Source of the DNA: Candidatus Multivorans sp.
Lineage (GTDB): Bacteria; Acidobacteriota; Thermoanaerobaculia; Multivoradales; Multivoraceae
Direction: 5' to 3'
Assembly (NCBI GenBank): GCA_965216125.1
Contig: OZ244152.1
Coordinates: forward strand, 899,035-963,034
DNA: 64,000 nucleotides
Under the pieces are notes generated by a model. That model saw nothing but the letters and a program-made list of their open reading frames with translations. It had not been told where the DNA came from and searched no databases. Both the position numbers and the translations under genes were made by a program. Positions 1-10,893 of the stretch are shown piece after piece. How positions within the stretch are numbered: the stretch's first letter is position 1; every line of letters begins with the position of its first letter.

Positions 1-2532
1 GACGCCGGCCCGCTGGCAGAGCGCCACCGCGCCCGAGTTACGCGCCACGATCCCCTCAAGGCCCGTGCCGACGATCGGCGAATCGGAGCGCAGCAGAGGT
101 ACCGCCTGCCGCTGCATGTTCGATCCCATCAGGGCGCGGTTCGCGTCGTCGTGCTCGAGGAACGGAATCAGCGCGGCGGCCACGCTGACGAGCTGCTTGG
201 GGCTGATGTCGATGTAGTCGACCCGTTCGCGGTCGACCGTGACGAAGTCCCCGCCGGCGCGAGCTACCGGACGTTCGTTCTCCAGGAAACCCCGCTCATC
301 GATCTTGGCGTTGGCCTGGGCGACGATGTACTTCTCTTCCTCCCAGGCGGTCAGATAGAAAGCGTGCGGCTCGGCTTGCACTTTCCGCTTCTTGTTCCGC
401 TTGAGACGGCTGCTCTCCGCCTCCAGATCGTCGCCGGCAACGATCTGACCCAGGCCGAACGTGCCGTCGCCCGGCTTGATCACCTTGAAGTGATCGATGA
501 CCCGGCCGCCCTCCACCTTCTTGTAGGGGCTCTGAATGAAGCCGTAGTCGTTGATCCGCGCATAGGTCGCGAGCGAAGAGATAAGACCGATGTTCGGCCC
601 CTCCGGGGTCTCGATCGGGCAGATGCGGCCATAGTGCGAAGCGTGGACATCGCGCACTTCGAAGCCCGCTCGTTCACGCGACAGCCCGCCCGGACCCAAC
701 GCCGACAGTCGCCGCTTGTGCGTCACCTCCGACAGCGGGTTCGTCTGGTCCATGAACTGCGAGAGTTGCGACGACCCGAAGAACTCCTTGATCGCCGCGA
801 TCACCGGCTTCGAGTTGATCAGGTCGTGGGGCATCGCCGAGTCGATGTCCTGGTGAACCGACATCTTCTCCTTGATCGCCCGCTCCATGCGCACAAGACC
901 GATCCGGAACTGGTTCTCCAGCAGTTCACCCACCGCGCGCACGCGACGGTTCCCCAGGTTGTCGATGTCGTCGACGCGGCCGACATCCTTCTGCAACTGC
1001 AGGAGGTACTCGATCACCCGGTAGAAATCCTCGGCCGAAAGGGTCTTCCGGTCGACGGGCACCTGGGTCTCGAGCTTGATGTTGAACTTGAACCGGCCGA
1101 CGCGCGAGAAGTCGTACCGCTTGGAGTCGAAGAACATGCCGTAGAACAGCGAACGCGCACTCTCGTGCGTCGGTGGATCGCCCGGGCGCATCCGCCGGTA
1201 GATCTCGATCTGCGCCTCCTTCGGGTCCCTGGTCGTGTCCTTCGCCAGGGTGTTCGAGATCGTCGCGCCACACAGTTCCCAGTCCGGGAAGAAGACCTCC
1301 AGTTCGCTGTGGTTGCGCTCCGCGAGGCGCTCGTCGAGGTCCTCCGGAATCGGCTCGTTCGCCTCCAGCAACACCTCGCCGGTGTCCTCGTCGATCACGT
1401 CGGCGATCAGGAAGGCGCGCTCCAGCTCCTGCGGACCGACCTCCGCTTCGATGTTGTCGCCGGCGTCCAGGCGCTCGATCGCCGTCTCGTCCAGGGTCAG
1501 GCCGGCGAAGACGCTGTAGTGGTGTCGGATGCCCCGGCTCGAGCGGTCGCGCAGTCGTTCGCGCTCGAGCACATCCGGACCGATGCCGAGGCGGTAGACA
1601 TCTCCGCCTGAAAGCGTCAGCGGCATCGCGGTGTAGAACTGACGCAGGATTTGCTCGTTCGTCTCCAGACCCAGGGCACGCAGGAACACGGTGCCGTAGA
1701 ACTTCCGCTTGCGATCGATCCGGACCGACAGGATGTCCTTCTGGTCGTACTCGAACTCCACCCAGGAACCCCGATAGGGAATGATCTTCGCCAGGTAGAC
1801 GCGCTTGTCGCGCGTGAAGAACACGCCGGGGCTGCGGTGGAGCTGGCTGACGATCACCCGCTCCGTTCCGTTGATGATGAAGGTGCCGGTGTCGGTCATC
1901 AGCGGGATCTCGCCGAAGTAGACCTCTTCTTCCTTCGCATCCCGCATCATCCGCGTACCGGTCTCCGGGTCCTTGTCGTAGACGAAGAGACGGAACGTGA
2001 CCTTGAGCGGTACGGCGTAGGTCATGCCGCGCTCGCGGCACTCGGCGATCGAGTACTTGTGCTGGAGTTCGACCGGCCCGCCGCAGGTGTCGCACTTGGT
2101 GACCCGGTTCGCGTTGACGGCGCCGCAGCTCGGGCAGCCGACGCTGTCCTCCAGCGGATGATCCGTCATGATCTTGTCGCCGCAGTTGGTGCACGACATG
2201 CGCAGGTACTCGAGCCCCTTCAACCCGAGGCCCTTCTCCCTTTTTTCCTTCGGGCAACGGCAGTGCCAGTCGCCGATCGAGTAGCTGACGAAGTCGAGCG
2301 AGCAGGTCTCCCGAAAGTCCCAGAACGGGAAGATGCCGGTAAAGACAGCCTGCAGGCCATGGTTCACCCGCTCGTCCGCAAGCAGGTTCATCTGCAGGAA
2401 CCGGTCGTAGGAACGGCGCTGCACACCGATCAGGTTCGGAATCGCCAAGGTCGTCTCGATGGTCGAGAAGTCCATCCGACCGTTGCCGTTGCCGTTGCGG
2501 TGACCGCTCGACGCGTTGCTGTGATCCGTCAT
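1..2532 (-). CDS. rpoB: DNA-directed RNA polymerase beta subunit, N-terminal ~844 aa; gene continues beyond window start
   Basis: Own minus-strand translation from ATG at ~2530-2532 (GGAGA RBS ~9 nt upstream) gives MTDHSN...[17 protein letters not shown]...[37 protein letters not shown], the canonical RpoB N-terminal signature. The listed six-frame ORFs in this region are wrong-frame artefacts. Confidence 0.93.
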   Translation of the reverse strand, partial: MTDHSNASSGHRNGNGNGRMDFSTIETTLAIPNLIGVQRRSYDRFLQMNLLADERVNHGLQAVFTGIFPFWDFRETCSLDFVSYSIGDWHCRCPKEKREKGLGLKGLEYLRMSCTNCGDKIMTDHPLEDSVGCPSCGAVNANRVTKCDTCGGPVELQHKYSIAECRERGMTYAVPLKVTFRLFVYDKDPETGTRMMRDAKEEEVYFGEIPLMTDTGTFIINGTERVIVSQLHRSPGVFFTRDKRVYLAKIIPYRGSWVEFEYDQKDILSVRIDRKRKFYGTVFLRALGLETNEQILRQFYTAMPLTLSGGDVYRLGIGPDVLERERLRDRSSRGIRHHYSVFAGLTLDETAIERLDAGDNIEAEVGPQELERAFLIADVIDEDTGEVLLEANEPIPEDLDERLAERNHSELEVFFPDWELCGATISNTLAKDTTRDPKEAQIEIYRRMRPGDPPTHESARSLFYGMFFDSKRYDFSRVGRFKFNIKLETQVPVDRKTLSAEDFYRVIEYLLQLQKDVGRVDDIDNLGNRRVRAVGELLENQFRIGLVRMERAIKEKMSVHQDIDSAMPHDLINSKPVIAAIKEFFGSSQLSQFMDQTNPLSEVTHKRRLSALGPGGLSRERAGFEVRDVHASHYGRICPIETPEGPNIGLISSLATYARINDYGFIQSPYKKVEGGRVIDHFKVIKPGDGTFGLGQIVAGDDLEAESSRLKRNKKRKVQAEPHAFYLTAWEEEKYIVAQANAKIDERGFLENERPVARAGGDFVTVDRERVDYIDISPKQLVSVAAALIPFLEHDDANRALMGSNMQRQAVPLLRSDSPIVGTGLEGIVARNSGAVALCQRAGV

Positions 2533-2777
2533 GCTTCGATGTCTCCTACTTCAGGTCCTCTGCGCGAGGCGAGAGCAAGGCAGGTGCTGTAGCCGGGGCG
2601 ACGAGCACAGATGTGCGCCCGGGAATTGGTCCGCCGCGCTTCGGCGAGCGGATAGAGATGGAAGAGCGCTGGATCGACGGGGCAACCACACGAATGCCAC
2701 CCCGGCGCCGAATGCCGGGTTGAGGTTGGCCAACGTGATTCTACGCCGACCCGGGAGAAGATCGTCAGCCGGAATGG

Positions 2778-3158
2778 CTATTTGACCTCGGCCTGGCCGC
2801 CGGCCTCCTCGATCTTCGACTTGACTTGGTCTGCCTCGTCCTTCGAGACACCTTCCTTGACGGCGACCGGCGCCGACTCGACCAGGTCCTTTGCCTCCTT
2901 CAATCCGAGGCTCGTGACCTCGCGCACGACCTTGATGACGGCGATCTTCTTGTCGCCGAACGAGGTCAACTGCACATCGAACTCGGTCTGTTCTTCGGCC
3001 TCTTCGGCCTCGCCGCCGGCCCCGACCGCGGCCACCGGAACCGCCGCCGCCGCCGCGGACACACCGTAGTGCTCTTCGAGGTCCTTGACCAGCGTGTTCA
3101 GTTCGAGGACGGTCATCTCGTCGATCTGCTTGATTAGTTCCGCTGCTGCTACTGCCAT
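2778..3158 (-). CDS. rplL: 50S ribosomal protein L7/L12
   Basis: 126 aa; Ala-rich hinge; C-terminal domain [22 protein letters not shown]...EAGGQAEVK typical of L7/L12; conserved position between rplJ and rpoB. Confidence 0.95.
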   Translation of the reverse strand: MAVAAAELIKQIDEMTVLELNTLVKDLEEHYGVSAAAAAVPVAAVGAGGEAEEAEEQTEFDVQLTSFGDKKIAVIKVVREVTSLGLKEAKDLVESAPVAVKEGVSKDEADQVKSKIEEAGGQAEVK

Positions 3159-3233
3159 TTCCTTGGCTCCCCTTCCTATTCAGCGGCGCCGGTCCGGCGC
3201 CGCGGTTCCAAACATCGTTAGCGAGGGCGGCTG

Positions 3234-3761
3234 TCAGCCCTCTTCCTTCTGGCTTGCAATCTCGTTCAGGGTGCGGAGGAACTGCGGCGTCACGTCGCCC
3301 AGACCCCGCACCAACCGCGCAATCGGCGACTGGAGCAGGAACAGGAGCTTCGCCACCAGGGCCTCCCGGTTCGGTAGGTTGGCGATCTCCCCAATCGCCT
3401 CGCCCGAGATCGTCTGGCCGTCCACCAGGGCGGCCTTGAACTCGATCACCGGAACGTCCTTCGCGAACTCGGTCAGCGCCTTGGCCAATCCGACCGGATC
3501 GTCCTCGCTGTATGCGATCGCGGTCGGCCCGGTCAGGTGCTCCGAAAGAGCGCCAAGGCTCGAGTCTTCGAAAGCGAGCTTGGCGATCCGGTTCTTGACC
3601 ACCAAGTAGCTGCCGCCGGCTGTTCGCACCCGGTGCCGCAGGTCGTCGACCTGCCCCACCGTGATGCCGGAGAATCCAACCAGGAACGCATGCGGCGCGC
3701 CGACGACGTCGCTCTGGTAGCTGGCCAGCAACTCGGCCTTCGTCTCCCGTGTCAGTGCCAT
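3234..3761 (-). CDS. rplJ: 50S ribosomal protein L10
   Basis: 175 aa; sequence and position (between rplA and rplL) match L10. Confidence 0.9.
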   Translation of the reverse strand: MALTRETKAELLASYQSDVVGAPHAFLVGFSGITVGQVDDLRHRVRTAGGSYLVVKNRIAKLAFEDSSLGALSEHLTGPTAIAYSEDDPVGLAKALTEFAKDVPVIEFKAALVDGQTISGEAIGEIANLPNREALVAKLLFLLQSPIARLVRGLGDVTPQFLRTLNEIASQKEEG

Positions 3762-3794
3762 TTTCTCTCGACTCCTCCAGATCGTCTCGGTCGC

Positions 3795-4499
3795 TTACGA
3801 CGCTTCCGCCGCAAAGGCTTCGGCCGCGTCGACCCGAACGCCCGGGCCCATCGTTGAACTCAGGTTGACCGAGCGGACATACGTGCCCTTGGCCGCGCTT
3901 GGCCGCGCCCGGATCACCTCGGCCAGCAGGACCGCGGCATTCTCCTTCAACTGTTCCTTGTCGAAAGAGACCTTTCCCAGCGGCGCATGGACGATTCCAG
4001 CCTTGTCGACCCGGAAGTTGACCTTGCCCGCCTTGATGTCCCCGACCGCCTTCGCCACGTCGACGGTGACGGTCCCTGTCTTCGGGTTGGGCATCAAACC
4101 GCGGGGGCCCAGCACGCGACCCAGCCGGCCCACCACGCGCATCATGTCCGGCGTCGCGACCACGGCGTCGAAGTCCAGCCAGCCGTCCTGAATCCGCTTC
4201 GCCAGTTCCTCGCCGCCGACCGCATCGGCGCCGGCGGCCTCGGCCTCCTGGAGCTTCTCGCCGGAGGCGAAGACCAGCACCCGGACGGTTCGCCCGGTGC
4301 CGTGCGGCAGCACGACGGTGCCGCGCACCATCTGATCCGCGTGCCTGGGGTTCACGCCCAGGCGAATCGCGATCTCCACCGTCTCGTCGAACTTGACGTA
4401 ACTGCCGTTCTTGACCTGCTCCAGGGCCTCGTCGAGCCCGTGCGAACGGTCTTCTACGGCCGCCTTCGCCTGCCTGTATTTACTGCCTGCCTTGGCCAC
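3795..4499 (-). CDS. rplA: 50S ribosomal protein L1
   Basis: Matches L1 ([20 protein letters not shown]...[15 protein letters not shown]...[10 protein letters not shown]). Listed ORF has an N-terminal over-extension; likely GTG start at ~4499 (VAKAGSKY) preceded by a GGAGAAA RBS. Confidence 0.9.
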   Translation of the reverse strand: MAKAGSKYRQAKAAVEDRSHGLDEALEQVKNGSYVKFDETVEIAIRLGVNPRHADQMVRGTVVLPHGTGRTVRVLVFASGEKLQEAEAAGADAVGGEELAKRIQDGWLDFDAVVATPDMMRVVGRLGRVLGPRGLMPNPKTGTVTVDVAKAVGDIKAGKVNFRVDKAGIVHAPLGKVSFDKEQLKENAAVLLAEVIRARPSAAKGTYVRSVNLSSTMGPGVRVDAAEAFAAEAS

Positions 4500-4542
4500 G
4501 CGGGTTTCTCCTTGCCTTCGTTCCTTGACTCTTCGACGCCGA

Positions 4543-4983
4543 TCAGGCGTCGATCTCAAGCCCCATCGATCGGGCAGTGCCGGCGATGATCCTGCACGCG
4601 CCGTCCAGGTCGACCGCGTTCAGGTCGGGCATCTTCGTGCGCGCGATCTCTTCGAGTTGGGCGCGGGTCACCGTGCCGACCTTGTCCCGGTTGGGCTCAG
4701 CCGATCCCTTGTCCAGGGAGGCCGCCTTGAGCAGCAGCACCGCAGCCGGCGGCGTCTTGGTGATGAACGAGTAGGTGCGATCCGCATGGACCGTGATCAA
4801 CACCGGGATGATCAACCCGTCATCGCCCTGCGTCCGGGCGTTGAACGCCTTGCAAAAATCCATGATGTTCAGACCGGCCTGACCCAGGGCAGGCCCGACC
4901 GGAGGCGCGGGCGTCGCTGCGCCGGCGGGGATCTGCAACTTGATCTGCCCGACTACTCTCTTGCCTGTCGTTCTTTTCGCCAT
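4543..4983 (-). CDS. rplK: 50S ribosomal protein L11
   Basis: 146 aa; [49 protein letters not shown] is the L11 signature. Confidence 0.95.
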   Translation of the reverse strand: MAKRTTGKRVVGQIKLQIPAGAATPAPPVGPALGQAGLNIMDFCKAFNARTQGDDGLIIPVLITVHADRTYSFITKTPPAAVLLLKAASLDKGSAEPNRDKVGTVTRAQLEEIARTKMPDLNAVDLDGACRIIAGTARSMGLEIDA

Positions 4984-5043
4984 CGTTTCCTACCTGGTTT
5001 CAACCAACCAAACTCGACTTCTGAATCGCCCCGTGAAGCGCTC

Positions 5044-5676
5044 TCAGGTCTTCTGCACCTGGAGGAACTCGAGTTCGACCGGCGTCTGGCGGCCGAAGAT
5101 CGTGACCATCACCTTCAACGTGCTCCGGTCCAGGTTGATCTCTTCCACGGTGCCGGTGAAGTTGTTGAAGGGCCCGTCCACGATCCTGACCAGCTCGCCC
5201 TTCTCGAACAGGTACTTCGGCTTCGGCTTCTCCTTCGCGGTGACCACCTTCTCGATGATCGCGTCGACCTCGCTCTGGTCGAGCGGCGTCGGCTCCTTGC
5301 CGGTACCGACGAAGCCGGTCACCTTCGGCGTGTTCTTGACCACGTGCCACGCCTCGTCCGAGATCTTCAGCCGTCCGTCGCCACGCGGCTGGCACTCGAT
5401 CTCGATCAGGATGTAGCCGGGGAAGAACTTGCGCTGGGTTTCCCGTTTCTTGCCGCCCTTGAGCTCGACGATCGTCTCGGTCGGGATGCGCACGTCGCCG
5501 AACGCGTGGCCCAGACCGTGCGCCTCCGCGCGCTGCCGCAGGGTCTCCCGCACACGCTCCTCGTAGCCCGAGTACGTATGGACGATGTACCACTGCCGCT
5601 GCGGAACGGAGGCTTCCTCGCCGCCGTCTGCCAACGCCTCGACGCTGCCCATGGCTGCCGCTTTGACTTCGCTCAT
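5044..5676 (-). CDS. nusG: Transcription termination/antitermination factor NusG
   Basis: 210 aa; NGN domain (WYIVHTYSGYEERV) and C-terminal KOW (FEKGELVRIVDGPFNNFTGTVEEIN); conserved secE-nusG-rplK order. Confidence 0.93.
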   Translation of the reverse strand: MSEVKAAAMGSVEALADGGEEASVPQRQWYIVHTYSGYEERVRETLRQRAEAHGLGHAFGDVRIPTETIVELKGGKKRETQRKFFPGYILIEIECQPRGDGRLKISDEAWHVVKNTPKVTGFVGTGKEPTPLDQSEVDAIIEKVVTAKEKPKPKYLFEKGELVRIVDGPFNNFTGTVEEINLDRSTLKVMVTIFGRQTPVELEFLQVQKT

Positions 5677-5710
5677 CGGGTACTCCCTGTGGTCGCTCGC
5701 GCCCCGCGTC

Positions 5711-5914
5711 TCACTGCAGGAACAGGTCGATCAGGCCCTGGTAGAGACGCTGGATGACGAGATCGGCGATCCAAAGGAAGATGGCGAAGATGACACTCGT
5801 GATCAGCACGACCCCCGTGGTGCCCACAACCTCTTCCCGCGAGGGAAAGGTGACCTTCTTCATCTCGGTGCGCACCTCTCCCAGGAACACGCCGAGCCTG
5901 CCGACTGCCGCCAT
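5711..5914 (-). CDS. secE: Preprotein translocase subunit SecE
   Basis: 67 aa; single C-terminal TM (VVLITSVIFAIFLWIADLVI); conserved position upstream of nusG. Confidence 0.85.
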   Translation of the reverse strand: MAAVGRLGVFLGEVRTEMKKVTFPSREEVVGTTGVVLITSVIFAIFLWIADLVIQRLYQGLIDLFLQ

Positions 5915-6045
5915 CTCTATCCTCCTGCCCCTTCCGGTCTCGGTGAACTTCGCCCTGTCTCCGCTAAACCCGTCTCAATCCCGTCCGCAGCATCCGTCCT
6001 GCCGATCCGGCTCCCAGCGCGCCCGCGGAATCGCCCGTAGACGTC

Positions 6046-6121
6046 TGGCAGGCCAGGAGGGTCTCGAACCCCCAACCTTCGGTTTTGGAGACCGATGCTC
6101 TACCAATTGAGCTACTGGCCT
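6046..6121 (-). tRNA. tRNA-Trp (anticodon CCA)
   Basis: Reverse complement reads AGGCCAGTAGCTCAATTGGTAGAGCATCGGTCTCCAAAACCGAAGGTTGGGGGTTCGAGACCCTCCTGGCCTGCCA. Cloverleaf with CCA anticodon in loop CTCCAAA and an encoded 3' CCA; classical tuf-tRNATrp-secE arrangement. Confidence 0.9.
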
Positions 6122-6153
6122 GAGTCCTCAAGTCCAGTCGTGAATCCAACCCC

Positions 6154-7347
<1,194 letters not shown>

Positions 7348-7413
7348 TGCGCTCGTTGCCTCTCCCGCTCTAGCGGCTCAACTATCCGTATGCTTGCTGC
7401 TCTGATGCCCGTC

Positions 7414-7488
7414 TGGAGCCCACGACCGGATTTGAACCGGTGACCCCTTCCTTACCAAGGAAGTGCTCTACCCCTGAGCCACGTGGGC
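7414..7488 (-). tRNA. tRNA-Thr (anticodon GGT)
   Basis: Reverse complement GCCCACGTGGCTCAGGGGTAGAGCACTTCCTTGGTAAGGAAGGGGTCACCGGTTCAAATCCGGTCGTGGGCTCCA; anticodon loop CTTGGTAAG; lies immediately upstream of tuf as in E. coli thrT-tufB. Confidence 0.88.
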
Positions 7489-7705
7489 AGCCGTCTCAGG
7501 ATTCCCCATCTTCAAGTCTCTGAACCGTGTTCCGGGACACCCTTGTCTCCCCACCCCAAGACGACCCTCAAACACGCAATGGGACCCGCCCCCCGGAGCC
7601 AAGCTCCGCGGTGCATCGCGGGGAAGAGGCGGAGTCTAGCCGCTTCTTGGGCGGCCGTAAACCCCCCCTGCAACATCCATCTCGTTGGGGATTGCCCGCC
7701 GGCCC

Positions 7706-8362
7706 CTACGACGCCTGATGGCGTACGACGTCGCCGTCGACCAGGAAGACGACGTCCTCGGCGACGTTCGTCGCCAGATCGGCCATCCGCTCGAGATAGC
7801 GCGAGATCGACAGGAACTGGATGCTGGCCGACGCCATTTCGGGATCCTCGTCGATCATCCTCTGGACCACGCCGTACATCGCCTCGTGACTGCGGTCGAC
7901 GACCTCGTCCTCCGCAATCACCGAACGGGCGAGCTCCGTGTCGCCGCCCACGACCGCGTCCAGGGCCGCCCGGAGCATCCTCGGAATGCTCTCGGCCATG
8001 GTCCAGATCTCTTCCGGGACTTCGACCGGCTCGGCCACCGCAAGACTCTCGGCGCGCTCGGCGAGGTTGCGGGCCAGATCGCCGGCCCGTTCCAGATCGT
8101 TGTTCACCTTCAGGTACGTCACGACCATTCTCAGGTCCGATGCCACGGGCGAGTGCAGGGCGAGGATCTTGAGGCACTCCTCTTCGACCTCGATCTCGCG
8201 GGCGTCGATCACGCGGTCCTGGCGCTGAACTTCGTGGGCCAGGTCGACGCTCCGCTCCCGGAGTGCCTGTAGCGACTTGGCGATCATGTCCTCGACCATC
8301 GCAGCCACCTCCAGGAGCGCCCGCGTCACCTGGTCGAGATCGCGCTGTAGATGAATCCTCAA
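7706..8362 (-). CDS. phoU: Phosphate signalling complex protein PhoU
   Basis: 218 aa; two PhoU repeats (ASDLRMVVTYLKVNNDLERAGDLARNLAE ... SISRYLERMADLATNVAEDVVFLV). Start codon is TTG at 8360-8362. Confidence 0.88.
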   Translation of the reverse strand: MRIHLQRDLDQVTRALLEVAAMVEDMIAKSLQALRERSVDLAHEVQRQDRVIDAREIEVEEECLKILALHSPVASDLRMVVTYLKVNNDLERAGDLARNLAERAESLAVAEPVEVPEEIWTMAESIPRMLRAALDAVVGGDTELARSVIAEDEVVDRSHEAMYGVVQRMIDEDPEMASASIQFLSISRYLERMADLATNVAEDVVFLVDGDVVRHQAS

Positions 8363-8456
8363 GCCATCAATCCTAGTCCCATCAATCCTAGTCCCACCGA
8401 AACCCGAGACCGAAGCGAATGTCGCGCAGTCGTGTGAAGAGCGCGTGAAGCACGGC

Positions 8457-9836
8457 TCAGCCGGCGGTGGGCAACCAGAAGCGGAACGTCGAGCCCCGCC
8501 CCCGTTCGCTCTCCACTTCCACCCCTCCGCCGTGTCGTCTGGCCACGTTCTTGACGATCGCCAGACCCAGGCCGGTGCCCCCGAGCTCCCTGGAGCGGGC
8601 GCGGTCGACGCGGTAGAAGCGCTCGAAGATCCGGTTCAGGTGCTCCGATGCGATGCCCGGCCCCTGGTCTTCGACCTCGAGAACCGCCCGACCGTTCTCC
8701 GCCTGCAGACGCACCACCACCCGACCGCCCGCCGACGAGTACTTCACCGCGTTGTCGACCAGATTGGACAGCGCCTGCCGGATCGCTTCCTCCTCACCGA
8801 GAACCTGAACCGGGGCTTGGGGGCATTCGACGACCAGTTCGAGACCGCGCTCCTCGCTGGACGGCCCAAGCAGACTCAACACTTCGCCCACCGGCGACCG
8901 CAGATCGACGATCTGCTCGGGCGGCTCGGCCGAGGACTCGATCCGCGACAGCGTGAGCAGATCGGAAACCAGGGCGCTCAGACGCCTGCTCTGCCCGCGG
9001 ATCTTGCGCAGGAAGCGGCCACGCGTCGCGCCGTCGACCGGATCCGCGTCCAGCAAGGTTTCCACGTAGCCGTGAATGGCGGTCAGGGGCGTCTTCAGCT
9101 CGTGCGAGACATTGGACACGAAGTCGCGGCGCATGCTCTCCAACCGCTCCAGCTCCGTGATGTCGTGGATCACCGCCACCGCCCCTTCGACCTGGTCGCC
9201 GTCCCGCCGCGACGAGAGCAGGGGCGACGCGTTCAGCTCGAACCGGTTCGGGCCGCCATCCTGGTCGGTGAAGCGCGCCAGGGTGAACGTACGACTCACC
9301 TGCCTGCGCTTCTCCATCGCCTCGATCAGGGCGCCCGAGATCTCCGGCTGGCGCGACAGTTCGTAGATCGGACGTCCGACCGCCAACTCCGGCGCCGGGC
9401 GCCTGAACCAGTTCGCGGCCACCGCGTTCAGGTGCAGCACCTGCCGGTCGAGGTCGATCGCCACCACCCCTTCGACCATGCCGGAGAGCACCGCCGTCAA
9501 CTGGTTGCGCTCCGCCTTGAGCTGTTCGACCTGTTCCACGAACTGCGCTTCGTTTTCCCCCAGACGGGCTTCGAGCCGGGCGAACTCGTCACCGCGGCCG
9601 TCCTCGGCCCGCGGCACGCGCGCTCCGAGCGCAGAGGCCTTCTCCAGCAGATCCCGCGCTCGCTTCGCCAACCGGCTGGCGCCGATACCGGCACAGGCGC
9701 CCGCCAGCAGCGCCAGGGTCCAGAAGACGGCCGGGCCGAGTCGACCCGAAGCCGCTGCGCCCCCAAGCAGGAGACCCGTTACGAGCAGGGCGACCCCGCC
9801 TAGCAAGAGGCGCCAGAAGAGAGGTGAGCGAATCAT
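8457..9836 (-). CDS. phoR: Phosphate regulon sensor histidine kinase PhoR-like
   Basis: Two N-terminal TM segments, PAS-like region, H-box SHELKTPLTAIHGYVETL, HATPase_c N/G1/G2 boxes (NLVDNAVKYS, DQGPGI, GGTGLGLAIV). Start ambiguous: TTG 9896, ATG 9890 or ATG 9836 (GGGAG RBS); 9836 chosen. Confidence 0.85.
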   Translation of the reverse strand: MIRSPLFWRLLLGGVALLVTGLLLGGAAASGRLGPAVFWTLALLAGACAGIGASRLAKRARDLLEKASALGARVPRAEDGRGDEFARLEARLGENEAQFVEQVEQLKAERNQLTAVLSGMVEGVVAIDLDRQVLHLNAVAANWFRRPAPELAVGRPIYELSRQPEISGALIEAMEKRRQVSRTFTLARFTDQDGGPNRFELNASPLLSSRRDGDQVEGAVAVIHDITELERLESMRRDFVSNVSHELKTPLTAIHGYVETLLDADPVDGATRGRFLRKIRGQSRRLSALVSDLLTLSRIESSAEPPEQIVDLRSPVGEVLSLLGPSSEERGLELVVECPQAPVQVLGEEEAIRQALSNLVDNAVKYSSAGGRVVVRLQAENGRAVLEVEDQGPGIASEHLNRIFERFYRVDRARSRELGGTGLGLAIVKNVARRHGGGVEVESERGRGSTFRFWLPTAG

Positions 9837-9924
9837 CGGAACTCCCGGGCGGCCGGACCCCGGCGGCGCCGACGCGGCCGCGTCGAGCATCCACAACCTA
9901 CACCTCTGACGTACACGTTTGGCG

Positions 9925-10620
9925 CTACCCGTCTTCCTCGCTGAAGCAGTAGCCGATGCCGCGGACCGTTTCGATCACGTCGCGGTGCGGCCCGAGCTTC
10001 TTGCGCACCGCCCGGACGTGGACATCGATGTTCCGGTCGATCACCACTGCACGGTCCCCAATCGCCCGGTCCAGGAGTTGGCCGCGGGTGAACACGCGGC
10101 CCGGGTGCGAGGCCAGGAAGTGCAGAAGGCGAAACTCGGTGGGCGTGAACTCCAGCCGCTGACCCTCGACCTTGATCCGGTGCTTGACCGGGTCGATCTG
10201 AAGCGGCCCCCGAGTCACACGACGTTCCGGATCGCGGTCCCGCATCGGGCCCCGCCGCAGGACCGTCCGAACGCGGGCGATCAGTTCCCGGGGGCTGAAG
10301 GGCTTGTGGATGTAGTCGTCGGCGCCGACGGCGAGACCGAGGACGACGTCGCTCTCCTCGCCGCGGGCCGTGACCATGATCACCGGCAGGTCGCGGGTCG
10401 ATTCCACCGAGCGCAAGCGACGGCACACATCGAGACCGTCCAGACCGGGCAGCAGCAGGTCCAGCAGCACGATGTCCGGCTTCTCGCGGCCGATCACGGC
10501 AAGACCGGCACGGCCGCTGGTCGCCGTTGCGACATCGAAACCCTCCCGCCGCAGGTTGTACTCGATCAGCTCGAGGATGTCGGGCTCGTCCTCGATGACG
10601 ACGACCTTCGTGGCGCTCAT
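9925..10620 (-). CDS. phoB: Phosphate regulon response regulator PhoB-like (OmpR family)
   Basis: Receiver domain (VVVIEDEPDILELIEYNL...DIVLLDLLLPGLDGLDV...ARGEESD) plus winged-helix OmpR/PhoB C-terminus (RVRTVLRR...IETVRGIGYCF). True start is ATG at 10618-10620 (MSATKVV); the listed ORF is over-extended. Confidence 0.88.
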   Translation of the reverse strand: MSATKVVVIEDEPDILELIEYNLRREGFDVATATSGRAGLAVIGREKPDIVLLDLLLPGLDGLDVCRRLRSVESTRDLPVIMVTARGEESDVVLGLAVGADDYIHKPFSPRELIARVRTVLRRGPMRDRDPERRVTRGPLQIDPVKHRIKVEGQRLEFTPTEFRLLHFLASHPGRVFTRGQLLDRAIGDRAVVIDRNIDVHVRAVRKKLGPHRDVIETVRGIGYCFSEEDG

Positions 10621-10893
10621 GGATTTTCGGCACCCCCCAATACGGTTGACCTGCCCCAAGGCCCGCGGCAGAACTCCCGGAGGCCGACGCTGCGCGCCGG
10701 ATGCGGGCAAGATGCCCGCGTGCCATCCGTGCGCCCGATAACGGGCGCACGGACTGGTTCGCGTGTGGCGCGGGTCGCGCCACACGAGTTCCCAGGCCAG
10801 ATCGTTCTGCCGCCCAAGATCCTAGCCAGCCTTCCGTGAAGGCGCGACAAAGCTCCACTCGAACCGGATGGTAGACATCGGACCCTCCCGCGT

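Noticed and set aside
151-2592. Long overlapping ORFs on both strands across the rpoB region (e.g. 151..1611+, 926..2257-, 1651..2592+)
   Set aside because: Wrong-frame/antisense artefacts of high GC content; own translation of the minus strand gives an unambiguous RpoB sequence in a different frame.
7489-7705. Direct repeat of the tRNA-Gly 3' end at the other side of the 40-kb segment
   Set aside because: Searched by eye between tRNA-Thr(GGT) and phoU; only a weak GGATTCCCC resemblance, not convincing.
10621-10893. Pho box (CTGTCAT-N4-CTGTCAT type) upstream of phoB/porin
   Set aside because: No such direct repeats visible; only GC-rich palindromes (reported separately).
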